Below are positions 51,793 to 62,574 of a stretch of 64,000 bases of DNA, piece after piece. A program made the translations under genes and the position numbers. Origin of the DNA: Promethearchaeota archaeon (GTDB lineage: Archaea; Asgardarchaeota; Lokiarchaeia; Sigyniarchaeales; SOKP01); the NCBI GenBank assembly GCA_030603385.1, contig JAUVXW010000012.1, forward strand, positions 1 to 64,000. Reading direction: 5' to 3'. The notes beneath the pieces are model-generated. The model made no database searches. It saw only the letters and a program-made list of their open reading frames with translations, and was not told where the DNA came from. The first letter of the stretch is position 1. Each line of letters opens with the position of its first letter.

Positions 51793-52359
51793 TTATTCCA
51801 TTTTTGCACCACATTTAGCACAAAACTTGGCATCTAACGGTAATTCATGCCCACAACTTGAACATATTTTAGTTTTTTTCTCTTCTTTTTGTTTTTCTCC
51901 GAGTTTAGCTCCACATATAGGACAGAATTTAGCATCACTTTCAATTTCCTCTCCACAAAACGGACAATTAACTTTTGTTAAAGGTTTTTCAAAAACAGGT
52001 TGCGCTTGTTGTATAGAAGGTCTTAATGGAATTTGGACATTTCCAGCTCTAACTTCGATTGGTAATGTTAAAATGACATTGTTTCTTGATGAAAGTGTAG
52101 CTGTTAAAGTAAAAATACCTTCCGCTTTAGGTATAATTGAAAATAATCTACTTTTCTTGTACTTATTCCCAATCCCTCCATAACGCTCAGATCTAATTAA
52201 AATTCTAATTTCTGGAGGCCCATTAAGCATTACTCTTACTTGGGGAAGATACTTACCGTGAAAATTTTGAACAACTAAATAAAATTCTTGTTTTTTATGT
52301 AAAGAACCGTATACTGCTTCTGCGTCGTTCTTTAAACCAAATTTTATTTGATTACTCAT
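51793..52359 (-). CDS. Double zinc-ribbon protein with N-terminal beta-sandwich domain
   Basis: CPFCG..KFCPICG and CSSCG..KFCAKCG. Confidence 0.8.
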   Translation of the reverse strand: MSNQIKFGLKNDAEAVYGSLHKKQEFYLVVQNFHGKYLPQVRVMLNGPPEIRILIRSERYGGIGNKYKKSRLFSIIPKAEGIFTLTATLSSRNNVILTLPIEVRAGNVQIPLRPSIQQAQPVFEKPLTKVNCPFCGEEIESDAKFCPICGAKLGEKQKEEKKTKICSSCGHELPLDAKFCAKCGAKME

Positions 52360-52514
52360 TTTCTTTAATCCTTTTTAAGATTTATAGAATTTTATAATGA
52401 TTTCAATATTTAAATTTTTCTATATTCAGTACTATAAAATTGAGATTTAATATAAATCAATCTAATCTTAATAAAATAGAATTAAATATTTGAACATAAA
52501 AATCAGACTAATTC

Positions 52515-53111
52515 CTAATCTTTCTTTTGGATTTCTTCTTTATTCGAAAATTTACGGTACGCAAATATTATTCTTTGAAGTACTGTAAAGTTAGTACCCA
52601 CAGCTAGTACCACCATTGTCCACCAAAATGATGTAGAAAACCAAAGTTGTAAGATTGATCCTATAAACAAAATGGGAACTCGGTCTGTTCGCTCTATCAA
52701 CCCCACACCATAAAGATTATCAATTCCTAAAGCCTCAATCTTAGCTCGAGTGTATGACGTTAAAAAAGCGCCTATTAAAACTAATAAGCCAATTTCAATT
52801 TTCGTGTATCCTCCAAGGATAACACCAGTAAATATAAAAAAGTCTCCTATTCTATCTAATGTTGAGTCTAAAAATGCCCCCAATTTTGTTGGTCCTTGAA
52901 GTCGAGCAACAACCCCATCTAGTTGGTCGAAAAATTCTGTAATAAATAAGCAGATAATAATAAAAAACAAAATGTTAAAAATAAAACTGAAAAAAGTTAA
53001 AATGGCAAAGAGTAATCCTAAAGATGTAATAACATTGGCGGGGATTCTTTTTATTTTGCGAGCTAATGGTAACAATAATTTTCCTGAGAACTTTTTCACT
53101 TGTAATAACAT
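52515..53111 (-). CDS. CDP-alcohol phosphatidyltransferase (archaetidylinositol-phosphate synthase-like)
   Basis: DQLDG..AR...G.FLDSTLDRIGD, SYTRA and ER..R motifs. Confidence 0.9.
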   Translation of the reverse strand: MLLQVKKFSGKLLLPLARKIKRIPANVITSLGLLFAILTFFSFIFNILFFIIICLFITEFFDQLDGVVARLQGPTKLGAFLDSTLDRIGDFFIFTGVILGGYTKIEIGLLVLIGAFLTSYTRAKIEALGIDNLYGVGLIERTDRVPILFIGSILQLWFSTSFWWTMVVLAVGTNFTVLQRIIFAYRKFSNKEEIQKKD

Positions 53112-53175
53112 GCTAACTTACACCTATTAATGTTATATACAATAAAAATAGTATAAAAGAAAAAAAAGAAATTAA

Positions 53176-54672
53176 TTATAATCTATAAATTAGTTTGAAT
53201 TTTTCCTCAATATATTTTAAAAAGTAGTCTGTATTCAAGTCTTCTCCAGTAACCCTTTTTATTAGATCATTAGCTCTGTAGATACTACCAAACTGATGTA
53301 TTTCCTCTTTTAAATAATTCAACAGATTCGAGAATTCACCTTTTTTGTAATCATCAGGTAAATTAGGCATCTTCTCTAAAACTTTTGCATATATCTGTGT
53401 TCCATATAGATTCCCAAGAAAATAAGTAGGGAAATACCCTATGCTTCCACCTGACCAATGAACATCCTGCAAAACTCCTTGTGCATCATTAGGCGGAACA
53501 ATTCCTAACAATTCTTCAAATTTAGAATTCCATATCTCAGGTAACTCACTTACTTGAATTTTCCCTTCAATAAGATCTTTTTCGATTTCAAATCTTAAAA
53601 TAATATGCAAACCATATGTTACTTCATCCGCATTTACTCTAATGAAAGATGGTTGAACAATATTAATGGCTCTATGAAATTCTTCCATAGGAACATCTTT
53701 TAAATTTTCCGGAAAGTATTCTTGAAAAGTTGGATACCAATACATCCAAAATTCTTTGCTTCTGCCAACGATGTTCTCCCACATGCGACTTTGTGATTCA
53801 TGAATTCCCATTGAAGTACCAGTGCATAGTATTGTATCGTGAAGCTCTTTTTTAATTCCCATCTCATAAATTGCATGACCATACTCGTGGATTGTACTTG
53901 TAATGCAATCTGGAAAGGGTTCCGTAGTTCTTGTAGTAATCCTAACATCCATGGACGCAAGAGATGTTGTAAATGGATGTGTTACCTTATCTTGACGCCC
54001 ATAACCAAAATCAAAATTTAATTTTTTAATAATTTTACTACTTAGTTCAAATTGTTTATCTTCATCATAATGCTTCTTAAATATAGAACCATCAGGTTTA
54101 TCTGAAGAAGAATTTAGCTTCTTAACAAAATCAATTAATTTTGGTTTAATTGGATTAAAGATGTTAGCAATCCAGTCATAGGTTGCTCCTGGTTCGTATA
54201 AGTCTATCAGCGTAGAATATAAATCAGGATGAGTTCCAAGTTTTTCTGCTTTTTCTTTCTGCAATTCAACCGTTTTTTCTAATAATTTTTGGAAAATTGA
54301 AAAATCACTTTTTGCTCTTGCTTCTCTCCACTCTTTCGCAGCTAAAATACTCGTTTCCGCAATTTCTGTGACTAACTTTTCAGGTAATTTAATCGCAAGA
54401 TTATATTCCCGAGTAATCTCTCGCAACATAGCACTTTCAATTTCGTTGAGATCAAGTTTTTCGGCTTCCTTTATTAATCTCCCAACTTTTTCAGAAGTAA
54501 CTCTCTGATGTATTAATTTTTCTATTAAAGAAACTTGTTTAGACCTTCCTTCAAGCCCCTTATACTCCATCATATTCACCTCTTGGTCCCAACTTAAAAG
54601 CGCTTGAATATAATGCAATCTCATTATTTCAGCAAAATGTTCTCGAAGTTCTTTTATAGCATTCATTTTCAA
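53176..54672 (-). CDS. M32 carboxypeptidase (Taq type)
   Basis: HPF, HEYGH, HESQSR, IRVNADE, QDVHW and GYFPTY motifs. Confidence 0.95.
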   Translation of the reverse strand: MKMNAIKELREHFAEIMRLHYIQALLSWDQEVNMMEYKGLEGRSKQVSLIEKLIHQRVTSEKVGRLIKEAEKLDLNEIESAMLREITREYNLAIKLPEKLVTEIAETSILAAKEWREARAKSDFSIFQKLLEKTVELQKEKAEKLGTHPDLYSTLIDLYEPGATYDWIANIFNPIKPKLIDFVKKLNSSSDKPDGSIFKKHYDEDKQFELSSKIIKKLNFDFGYGRQDKVTHPFTTSLASMDVRITTRTTEPFPDCITSTIHEYGHAIYEMGIKKELHDTILCTGTSMGIHESQSRMWENIVGRSKEFWMYWYPTFQEYFPENLKDVPMEEFHRAINIVQPSFIRVNADEVTYGLHIILRFEIEKDLIEGKIQVSELPEIWNSKFEELLGIVPPNDAQGVLQDVHWSGGSIGYFPTYFLGNLYGTQIYAKVLEKMPNLPDDYKKGEFSNLLNYLKEEIHQFGSIYRANDLIKRVTGEDLNTDYFLKYIEEKFKLIYRL

Positions 54673-54801
54673 AACCTTTATTTTATATTTAAAGAAAATA
54701 GTAGTACTTTTGCAATAAAGTTTTTCTAATAATATTGAGAATATTTAATTCTTTTAAAGGAAGTAAGATATGAACTTTTGTTGAACTATATTTTATTTAG
54801 T

Positions 54802-56361
54802 TTAGACAGATTGTTCTTGTTTTATAAAAAAACCAGCAGCTAATTTAACATCCTCTATAGTTAAGGGTCGTCCTAAGGATTGCTCTAAATCAGTGACCAA
54901 TTGTTCACACAATTTCAAACTAAGTGAACTTCCTTTTTCAGAAATTATTTTTTGAACTTCTTTGGCAAAGTCAGAGATCTTTGGTTTTTTAATTTCTTTC
55001 GCTAAATCTTCATGAGGAGGAAATAATTCCATAGGCATTTTTAATTCAGATTTATTTGTTTTTTCTTTACTTTTAGTGAATATCACAGGTTTAACTGGTT
55101 TAGAAGGTATTTCAGAAGGTTTTATAAGTTTTAGTCCTAATGGTTTAGTTTCTAATTTTTGAAAAGAAACCATGTTCCTGGCAGATTTTGCAGAGGGGGG
55201 AATAATTTCTTCTTTAGTTTCTTTTTGACTAACTGGTTCAACAGTAGGTGCAGTAGTGGGAAGAGGTTTAACTTTAATCTTCTTTTTAAATTTTAATTCT
55301 CTAGGGATTTCAAATTCCATTTCTTTCGCGAGTTCTTTCCTAAGCTCTTTCTGCTCTTTTAATTTTACACTAAGTTCACGCACTTTTTGTTGAAAAAGAT
55401 TAACGTGTTCAAAATTTTGGTAGGCTGTGGCGATTTTAACAAGTTCTCTATACTTTGCTAATGCATGGATGATATTTCCGACATTAAACAAATTTTCTGC
55501 TTCTTTTACTAATTCTTCAAAATTTTTTGGTAGCTCTTTTTTTAATTCTAAAGATTCTTTAATTAGAGCTTGAAATTGTGATTTAGCATCTGGAGAATTT
55601 AAAGATATTTCCTCAAAATCAGAAAAATTTAAATCATTCTTAATTCGTTTAATGTCTTCATCAGCCACTAAATCTCGTTTATTTCCGACAATTAATAGTT
55701 TAGAAAGATTACTGTCCATTTTCTGAATATTCATGAAATGATTCATTATTTTTAAATGGTAATTTGCTAAATTAAATACGAAAATTACTAAATCAGAACC
55801 TTTGACGAATTTAGACCATAATAATGAAAAATTATCTCGTAATTGGAAATCCCAAATTTCAAAAGTTAATCCATCAATACTTAAAGTAGATGATTTCGCA
55901 AAATCCATTATCACTTTTTCATTATTACTTCTCAGCAAACCATAAAGTGTGGTCTTACCTGCATTAGTTGGACCGATAATTGATATTTTTGAGTGCATAT
56001 CTCTTTGAACTTGATTAAGAAAACTCAAGAACTCATCTAGCTGCTCAGTATATTCTTTGAATTTTATAGGATCTGGAAATAATTCTTGGAATTTATTCAT
56101 AACCTTTACCATTATTACTTCTATGTATTGAAGTGAATCAACAAGGTCCGTTACAAATAAGAAGTATAAGCCGTCTTTACCTTTGTGGAAGATCTGAAAA
56201 TTTGAGATTTTTCTGTTAATAATTTTACCAGGTATAGGCATTTCCATGTATTTGTTAATGGTTTCAAGAATATTTTTTAATTCTTCACTTCCAAAAGCTA
56301 TAGCAAAATCCTTAACAAAAATATGTTCTTTTTCAGAAAAGATATGAACTTGACGAAGCAT
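54802..56361 (-). CDS. Longin-like domain fused to a small-GTPase-like domain, helical region and low-complexity tail
   Basis: N-terminal longin-like beta pattern; G1 GPTNAGKT, G4 NKRD; G3 degenerate (WDFQLR). Confidence 0.75.
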   Translation of the reverse strand: MLRQVHIFSEKEHIFVKDFAIAFGSEELKNILETINKYMEMPIPGKIINRKISNFQIFHKGKDGLYFLFVTDLVDSLQYIEVIMVKVMNKFQELFPDPIKFKEYTEQLDEFLSFLNQVQRDMHSKISIIGPTNAGKTTLYGLLRSNNEKVIMDFAKSSTLSIDGLTFEIWDFQLRDNFSLLWSKFVKGSDLVIFVFNLANYHLKIMNHFMNIQKMDSNLSKLLIVGNKRDLVADEDIKRIKNDLNFSDFEEISLNSPDAKSQFQALIKESLELKKELPKNFEELVKEAENLFNVGNIIHALAKYRELVKIATAYQNFEHVNLFQQKVRELSVKLKEQKELRKELAKEMEFEIPRELKFKKKIKVKPLPTTAPTVEPVSQKETKEEIIPPSAKSARNMVSFQKLETKPLGLKLIKPSEIPSKPVKPVIFTKSKEKTNKSELKMPMELFPPHEDLAKEIKKPKISDFAKEVQKIISEKGSSLSLKLCEQLVTDLEQSLGRPLTIEDVKLAAGFFIKQEQSV

Positions 56362-56530
56362 GATACATTAATTCTAAAGAAATACTAATTAATAATTCTT
56401 TATAATTAAGTTACTAGTAAGTTTTACCATCTTTTATAATATTTTAGAAAAACAATAAAAATTATTAGATTTTAATCATTTCTTTATCATAGGATAAGTT
56501 AGATAAAACTAAATTTAAGAAATTCCTAAG

Positions 56531-57487
56531 ATGCCTTTAACTCCTGATAAGATTTTAAAATTTCTAGACAATGAATCAGAGACAAAATTTAAATCGGAAT
56601 TATTAGATTTATTAAGGAAACGAATAGATAAACTTTGTTTTGACGAATGCGAAAAAGATAGGATACTTTGTACCTTGACACCACTTTGTAGTCGCAGATT
56701 TTTACTTAAACTACGAATAAAAAATGATCTTAAGTTAGATGAATTGCCTAAGTTCTGTTATAGTGTTCATAAGGGTGTTATTGAAAGGTTTTTCAGAAAT
56801 AAGACTATCGTTTACAGACCATATGATGCTTACCTATATCTAATTGATTTTTTGGATGTATTTTTTCATGGAGATTATCGTAAATTAAATAAGTTTTTGT
56901 CTTTTAAAAATTGGGATGAAGCGTTTAAGATATTTGATGATCGAATACACAATAGGAATGAAAAATTCGATTATCTTTTAACAGAGAACTATTTAGTTTT
57001 TAAATTTGAAGATAGGATCCATGTAATATTTCTGAATGAAATATATGTCTTATGTAATGCAAATCGGGAGAAAATCCCTGACCTTGAGCTATTAGAAGGT
57101 ATTTGCAAGCTTTATTCTGGGATTAATTTCCCTGAAGTAAAATTGAGACAAAGACAATCCAAACATGTAGAAATTACTGTTAAGGTTCCTTATGATGTGT
57201 TAAATGAAATATCAACAGAACCTTCTATAAAAAATGATTCTAAAGCAGATCAATATTTTTGGAATACATTTTGGGAAGACCTTAATGCTTTGACTCAATA
57301 TTGTGATGAAATACATCTACAAATGGATAAAAATCAAAACTTAGAGATAATATTATATCTTAGAACTGAAACTAGTAATTACGATGAAGAAGAAAATCCT
57401 GTACCTCTTAGATTTAGGGATTTAGGGCTAATATTAAATTTTATAAATCGTATTTATCAAGATTATTATATAATTTATTTGGATTAA
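56531..57487 (+). CDS. Hypothetical protein with N-terminal Cys cluster
   Basis: CFDEC..C..C..C pattern; long ORF. Confidence 0.7.
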   Translation: MPLTPDKILKFLDNESETKFKSELLDLLRKRIDKLCFDECEKDRILCTLTPLCSRRFLLKLRIKNDLKLDELPKFCYSVHKGVIERFFRNKTIVYRPYDAYLYLIDFLDVFFHGDYRKLNKFLSFKNWDEAFKIFDDRIHNRNEKFDYLLTENYLVFKFEDRIHVIFLNEIYVLCNANREKIPDLELLEGICKLYSGINFPEVKLRQRQSKHVEITVKVPYDVLNEISTEPSIKNDSKADQYFWNTFWEDLNALTQYCDEIHLQMDKNQNLEIILYLRTETSNYDEEENPVPLRFRDLGLILNFINRIYQDYYIIYLD

Positions 57488-57502
57488 AAAAAGAAAAATT
57501 AT

Positions 57503-58762
57503 GTGGTTATAATGAGTGAAGAGGAAACAAATATTGCTGAAATCAAATCAATTAAAGATTTTGTTAAGGATGGAAGAATTGATGATGCTGTAAACATTAT
57601 AGCTCTTTATCTTGGCGATTCAACAGAAGAAAATTATATCGATCGACTAGAAAATATCTTGGAAGCACTTTTACATCTTCATGGGGGTAGAACTGTATTA
57701 AGGTTTTTACTTGAAAATTTAATTATTGATATTCCCTCTTTATTAGAAAATCTTTCTAAAAAAGATTCTGTTTTGAGATATACCTTTTTGTTATTATTAA
57801 AAACGATATGTGAAAATGAATGTGATTTATTCCTTCCCTACAGTGAAGACTTATTGAAGTCTGACGACCCAAATGTAAGGGAAGCAGATTTACAGTTAAT
57901 AATTTACATGGCAGGTGGAGATGCAAAAATTGATGATGAATCTTTAATTAACACAATTGTTGAAAAATTGGCTGATGAAAAAGATTTTGTGGTTGAAAAG
58001 ACAATACAAACTCTAATAACTATCGGTGGAAAATCTCCAACAATGGTGACAAAAATTTTAACTGATTATGCTAAGAAATCATCAGAAAATGAAGAATTAA
58101 AAAACTCTATTGATACTATTTTAAAATCAATAGTCACCGTTGAAAAAATAGAGGAAATCGTTGAGGATGAAAAGAGTAAATTAGAAACACCTTCTGAAGA
58201 GAGAGCTTTAGAAGTGCAACCACCTGTGGATTTAAAGAAAGAAGCATATAAGATCTTAGATAAAGAGTTTGAACTGAAAAAGAAAGAAATAGAGATAAAG
58301 AAAAAAAAATTAGAGTTAGAGGAAAAAGAGAAAGAAATTGAAGAGGAAGTATTGAAGTTAAAAGAAGAGATGTTGATAAAGGAAGGTGAATTTGGTGAGG
58401 AAACTGTAACTAAAGAAAAGCTCCCAAAAGTAAAACTTCCTAAAAAATTGAAAAAAGAAGAATCAGAAATCATTGATAAGGAGCTTGAATTAAAAAAGAA
58501 AGACCTTGAGATCAAAAAGAAAAAATTAGAAATTGAGGAAAAGGAGAAAGAATTAGAGGAAAAAGAAATTTTAGAGAGAGAAAAGGCTCTAAAATTAAAA
58601 GAGGAGCTAATTGAAAAGGAAAAGGAGTTATCTCAGGTGGAGTTAGAACTAAAGCAAAAAATTATTGAACAGAAAGAACAAAAGATTAAAGAAGAAGAAA
58701 TGAAAAGAGTAGAAGAAGAAATGAAAAATATTCAACGAAAACTCGAAGAAGACGAAGATTAA
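57503..58762 (+). CDS. HEAT/ARM-repeat protein with E/K-rich coiled-coil tail
   Basis: DDPNVRE and DEKDFV HEAT-like motifs; internal duplication of about 40 aa at 58232 and 58448. Confidence 0.75.
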   Translation: MVIMSEEETNIAEIKSIKDFVKDGRIDDAVNIIALYLGDSTEENYIDRLENILEALLHLHGGRTVLRFLLENLIIDIPSLLENLSKKDSVLRYTFLLLLKTICENECDLFLPYSEDLLKSDDPNVREADLQLIIYMAGGDAKIDDESLINTIVEKLADEKDFVVEKTIQTLITIGGKSPTMVTKILTDYAKKSSENEELKNSIDTILKSIVTVEKIEEIVEDEKSKLETPSEERALEVQPPVDLKKEAYKILDKEFELKKKEIEIKKKKLELEEKEKEIEEEVLKLKEEMLIKEGEFGEETVTKEKLPKVKLPKKLKKEESEIIDKELELKKKDLEIKKKKLEIEEKEKELEEKEILEREKALKLKEELIEKEKELSQVELELKQKIIEQKEQKIKEEEMKRVEEEMKNIQRKLEEDED

Positions 58763-58771
58763 AACTAAATT

Positions 58772-59818
58772 TTATTCCTCCTTGCCGTTTTCCTCTAAAT
58801 CATAATCTAAACTTGATTCAGGTTTATTTTCAGATATTGGCGCGGAATGTAATCTTCTTACTATTTTTCTTATATCCTCTACTTTAACACTCTCAGGAGG
58901 CAAACTTACCTGAATTTTCTTAGCAAGATCATACGCAAGTTCTATATACTTCAGATCCTCGAGGAATTCAACAATTTGAATTTTAGTGTCATTATCCTCA
59001 AGCACTTCATTTCCATACGCCATTAATTTTTCTTTTAGTATAATATCTATTTTATCAGTTCGCTCGTGATGTTTTATTTTATTAACAAGTTGCTTAAAAC
59101 TATTCATTACATTATACATTTCGGATTTTGCATAAGCATCAATATTTTTTAATACATAAAAGATATATAATTCTGCTTTCTCCCATCTTCTAAATCTAAG
59201 ACTAACCTCAACTAACTCTAATAGTCCTTGTTCATAAAGAAATTTACTATTAATATTAGGTACAATCTTATCGAAAATCCAATCAAGTAAATTCGGTTGA
59301 TCAAACTTGTTTATTATATCAATTAGAAACTTTTCAACTGAGTAATACAGCTTGGCATTTTCTGTTTTAGTGGATGAGAGAAATGAGACTAATGCATACT
59401 TGACTCTGCCCATCGCATCCTCTAAATTGACTGGTGTTTCAGCGAATTTATAGAAGGCTGATTCTAATATTGGTTGTATTTTATCCTTTGCCTCAAAATC
59501 ATAAACAAAATATTCCCCCCATGCGGGACTGGGTTGAGCAGATTTTTTAGCTTTAATAGATTTTTTATCACCTGTGGCTTTAATGATTTTTGGCTGTTTT
59601 GCTTTTATTTTTTCAGAAAGTTCTTTTGCCAGTTCTTCAGTTATAAATTCCAAGATTATTTTATTCTTTTCTTTAGGAACACTTAGCTTAAAGAATACTT
59701 CTGAGTCTTCTTCAAATAATAACTCTCTTAGGTTTTTTGGAAATGTTATTCCTGTTTTTGTTTTTTTGATAATATCCTCAAAAATAGGGTCATCATTCGA
59801 TTTCTGATTATCTGCCAT
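58772..59818 (-). CDS. Hypothetical protein: AbrB/SpoVT-like N-terminus plus helical-repeat domain
   Basis: GITFPKNLRELL motif; TPR-like helices. Confidence 0.6.
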   Translation of the reverse strand: MADNQKSNDDPIFEDIIKKTKTGITFPKNLRELLFEEDSEVFFKLSVPKEKNKIILEFITEELAKELSEKIKAKQPKIIKATGDKKSIKAKKSAQPSPAWGEYFVYDFEAKDKIQPILESAFYKFAETPVNLEDAMGRVKYALVSFLSSTKTENAKLYYSVEKFLIDIINKFDQPNLLDWIFDKIVPNINSKFLYEQGLLELVEVSLRFRRWEKAELYIFYVLKNIDAYAKSEMYNVMNSFKQLVNKIKHHERTDKIDIILKEKLMAYGNEVLEDNDTKIQIVEFLEDLKYIELAYDLAKKIQVSLPPESVKVEDIRKIVRRLHSAPISENKPESSLDYDLEENGKEE

Positions 59819-59918
59819 AATAATTTAAAGGTTTAAAGGCTTAATAATTATTTCCAATCTTATTAACCTATAAATAAAAATGGAATTATAACGCAAATAA
59901 GTTTAGATTAATAACCTT

Positions 59919-60515
59919 TTATCCAGTAATATTTACAAGTTCTACGCCACGATGATGAAAATTCTGATCTATAAAACATAATATAGCGTGACCTTCATGA
60001 ACATACACAATAGGTACTGGATAAGAATCAGCATTTTCAATCATGCTTTTTTTAACAAATAAAGGAAGTACTGTTTTACATACTCGACATTCAACTTTGA
60101 TTCTTTTTACTAACCCCAAATCTGCAAAATTTTTTATAATGTCTTCTATAACTTCTTTAAATCCGTGAAACATTGCAGGAGTGAAGTCTCCATACGACAT
60201 AATAACGTCTACATCATACATTTCATGAAATTTAAAACTAACATGTTCTAGTAAAGCTTCTAATAGTTGAAATTGCACTTTAATACTGGCTCCAACAGTA
60301 TAGAGGAGACTATCCTTCCGAATATAAGCCAATTTCATATTTCCTTTATCTCTATGGAAAAAAATATCACTTACAGGGTTTTTCTTAACTATATTTAGAT
60401 CCAAATCAAATCTTCTGAAAGAATTCTCTGGTTTCCATTCAAATAAAGTAGATACTTCATTACTGATGTTAATAAATTCAAGAAATTCTCCGATATTTCT
60501 ATAGACAGGCATCAA
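59919..60515 (-). CDS. Longin-like domain plus C-terminal CxxC/His Zn-binding domain
   Basis: Longin-like strand/helix pattern; CRVC...H.GH...C. Confidence 0.55.
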   Translation of the reverse strand: MMPVYRNIGEFLEFINISNEVSTLFEWKPENSFRRFDLDLNIVKKNPVSDIFFHRDKGNMKLAYIRKDSLLYTVGASIKVQFQLLEALLEHVSFKFHEMYDVDVIMSYGDFTPAMFHGFKEVIEDIIKNFADLGLVKRIKVECRVCKTVLPLFVKKSMIENADSYPVPIVYVHEGHAILCFIDQNFHHRGVELVNITG

Positions 60516-60678
60516 TTTAATTTAATCCAATTTAATTTAACAAAGTAATGATACTGAACATATTTATATCTTTCAATTACATTAAAAACTTTAAAAATCA
60601 TCTTTCTTTGAATCAGATAAAATTATAAATTGTTTGTATATAGTATAAAAATAAAAAAAATTAAGGTGGATTTGAAAA

Positions 60679-61332
60679 ATGATTTATTTAGAACAAACTC
60701 TTAATATTACTCCGGCTAGCCCAGATATTCGTGACTCGTATATTAAAATCGCCCAAGAATTATTAGTTCCTGCTTGTAAGCGTCTTGGAGCACGTTTAGT
60801 AGCTGCTTGGAATGGGAATTACGAATGGGTTATGCAGACAACTCAAATATTTGAGTTTGATGATATAGAAGCCTTGAAGAATTTTCGCATTAATGCTAGT
60901 CAGGATAGAGAATGGGGTGAATATACGGCTCAATTAGAGGTTTTTGCTCCAGAACGTCGCACTCGATTACTAGAACCAATAGGTGCAGTCCCACCAGAAG
61001 TACTGCATGAAGCAATAGAAGAAAGCCAGAAATCACCACTCAAAGTTTACAGTATGGCGATTCTCGAAGTAAACCCCGGTAAAATGTCTGATTTTATCGC
61101 GGGAGTATCTGCAGGATATAAAGTTGTTCCGATTATCGCTAGTTGGCGCCCAATTGCAGGAAGCCCAAATCAAGTAATTGATTTATGGAAGGGAGATGTG
61201 TTATTTAGTGCTGAAGCTATGGCTTATCGTCCTTTTAGTAATGATCAACAATGGGTTCGACAACTTCGAGAAAATGCCCCGAAAGAAAGAATTGTTCCCT
61301 TATATACATTACCGTATTCTCCACTGAGGTAA
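60679..61332 (+). CDS. NIPSNAP-like duplicated domain protein
   Basis: GARLVAAW...; C-terminal PYSPLR. Confidence 0.7.
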   Translation: MIYLEQTLNITPASPDIRDSYIKIAQELLVPACKRLGARLVAAWNGNYEWVMQTTQIFEFDDIEALKNFRINASQDREWGEYTAQLEVFAPERRTRLLEPIGAVPPEVLHEAIEESQKSPLKVYSMAILEVNPGKMSDFIAGVSAGYKVVPIIASWRPIAGSPNQVIDLWKGDVLFSAEAMAYRPFSNDQQWVRQLRENAPKERIVPLYTLPYSPLR

Positions 61333-61467
61333 GTTTTATAATAATTCCTAAAAGTTCTTTTTTTCTATTTTCCTTTTTATTTTGAGACATCATATTATGT
61401 AAAAATTTTAGTCTTGTCTTAATTTGTTAAAGTTGAAATTCAATAGTATAGAATGAGGTAAGCTTAG

Positions 61468-62310
61468 TTGAATAAAAAAAAACTCAAAAGAGATTTGGAT
61501 TCATATCATGAAACTCAAAGAGCCGAAGAATACAAAAATTTAACTTTTACTGTAATATTAGTGCGCCCTGAGCATGCTGGAAATATAGGATCCATAGCTC
61601 GTGTCATGAGAAATTTTAATTTCTCTAAATTAATAGTATTTAATCCAATTGAGAACAAGGAAAATATATTCAGCTATGAAACTCAGGGATTTGCCATGCA
61701 CGGAAAAAATATTCTAATGAATGCCGATATTAAAGAAGTAGAAGATCAAGACAATCATTTGTCAGAATATAAGAAACTACTTACCCAATTTGATTTGGTC
61801 ATTGCTACTACAGCGAAGGGTGAGAAAAATTATAATATAAAGAGATTAGCAATATTTCCAATGGATTTCTCACTACCAAATTCAGTTCAACCCTTAAACA
61901 TCGCAATTTTATTTGGAAGAGAATCTCGAGGATTAACTAATGATGAGATTAGCCTTGCTGATATCTTACTAAGAATACCTACAGGTCTAGATTATCCTGC
62001 TTTAAATATATCACACGCTTGTGGCGTAATACTATATGAATTATTTAAAAAGGTAAATACTATAAACATCGGAAGAGGAAAAAATCCTGTTTTATTGGCA
62101 AGCAGAGATGATCGTCAAATACTTCTGAGTATGGTCAAAAATATAATCAAAAAACTTAAAGTACGAACCCATAAGAAAGAACATGTATATTTTGCATTTA
62201 GAAATATCTTTGAGCGTACTTTTATGTCAAGAAAGGAATTAGGCTTAATAACAGGTGTTTTTTCAAAAGTAAATAAGATTTTAGAAAGTTTGGACCTATA
62301 TGAAGAATAG
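61468..62310 (+). CDS. trmJ: SPOUT tRNA 2'-O-methyltransferase, TrmJ family
   Basis: GNIGSIARVMRNF, FGRESRGLTNDE and YPALNISHA motifs. Confidence 0.88.
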   Translation: MNKKKLKRDLDSYHETQRAEEYKNLTFTVILVRPEHAGNIGSIARVMRNFNFSKLIVFNPIENKENIFSYETQGFAMHGKNILMNADIKEVEDQDNHLSEYKKLLTQFDLVIATTAKGEKNYNIKRLAIFPMDFSLPNSVQPLNIAILFGRESRGLTNDEISLADILLRIPTGLDYPALNISHACGVILYELFKKVNTINIGRGKNPVLLASRDDRQILLSMVKNIIKKLKVRTHKKEHVYFAFRNIFERTFMSRKELGLITGVFSKVNKILESLDLYEE

Positions 62311-62574
62311 ATTTTTTTCATTTATTGAATTTTGACTAAAACAGAGAAAAAGAAAAGCTACTTATAAAATATAAGATTTATTCCTTAAATTATTATAGGG
62401 ACTCATAGTATTTAAATCTTTCGGTTCAATGATAAAGGAACTATGCACTCTCCTAAGAAGAATGTAAAAATTTAAATATTTAGTGGTTCTAGTATATTAC
62501 TTAACAGATCCATTATAAAATGTAAATTATTCCAAATTTTACTTTACTTTCATTTGAATTGAACTTTACAGAGG

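Noticed and set aside
58066-58515. Ser/Phe-rich minus-strand ORF
   Set aside because: Antisense shadow of GAA/AAA-rich coiled-coil codons
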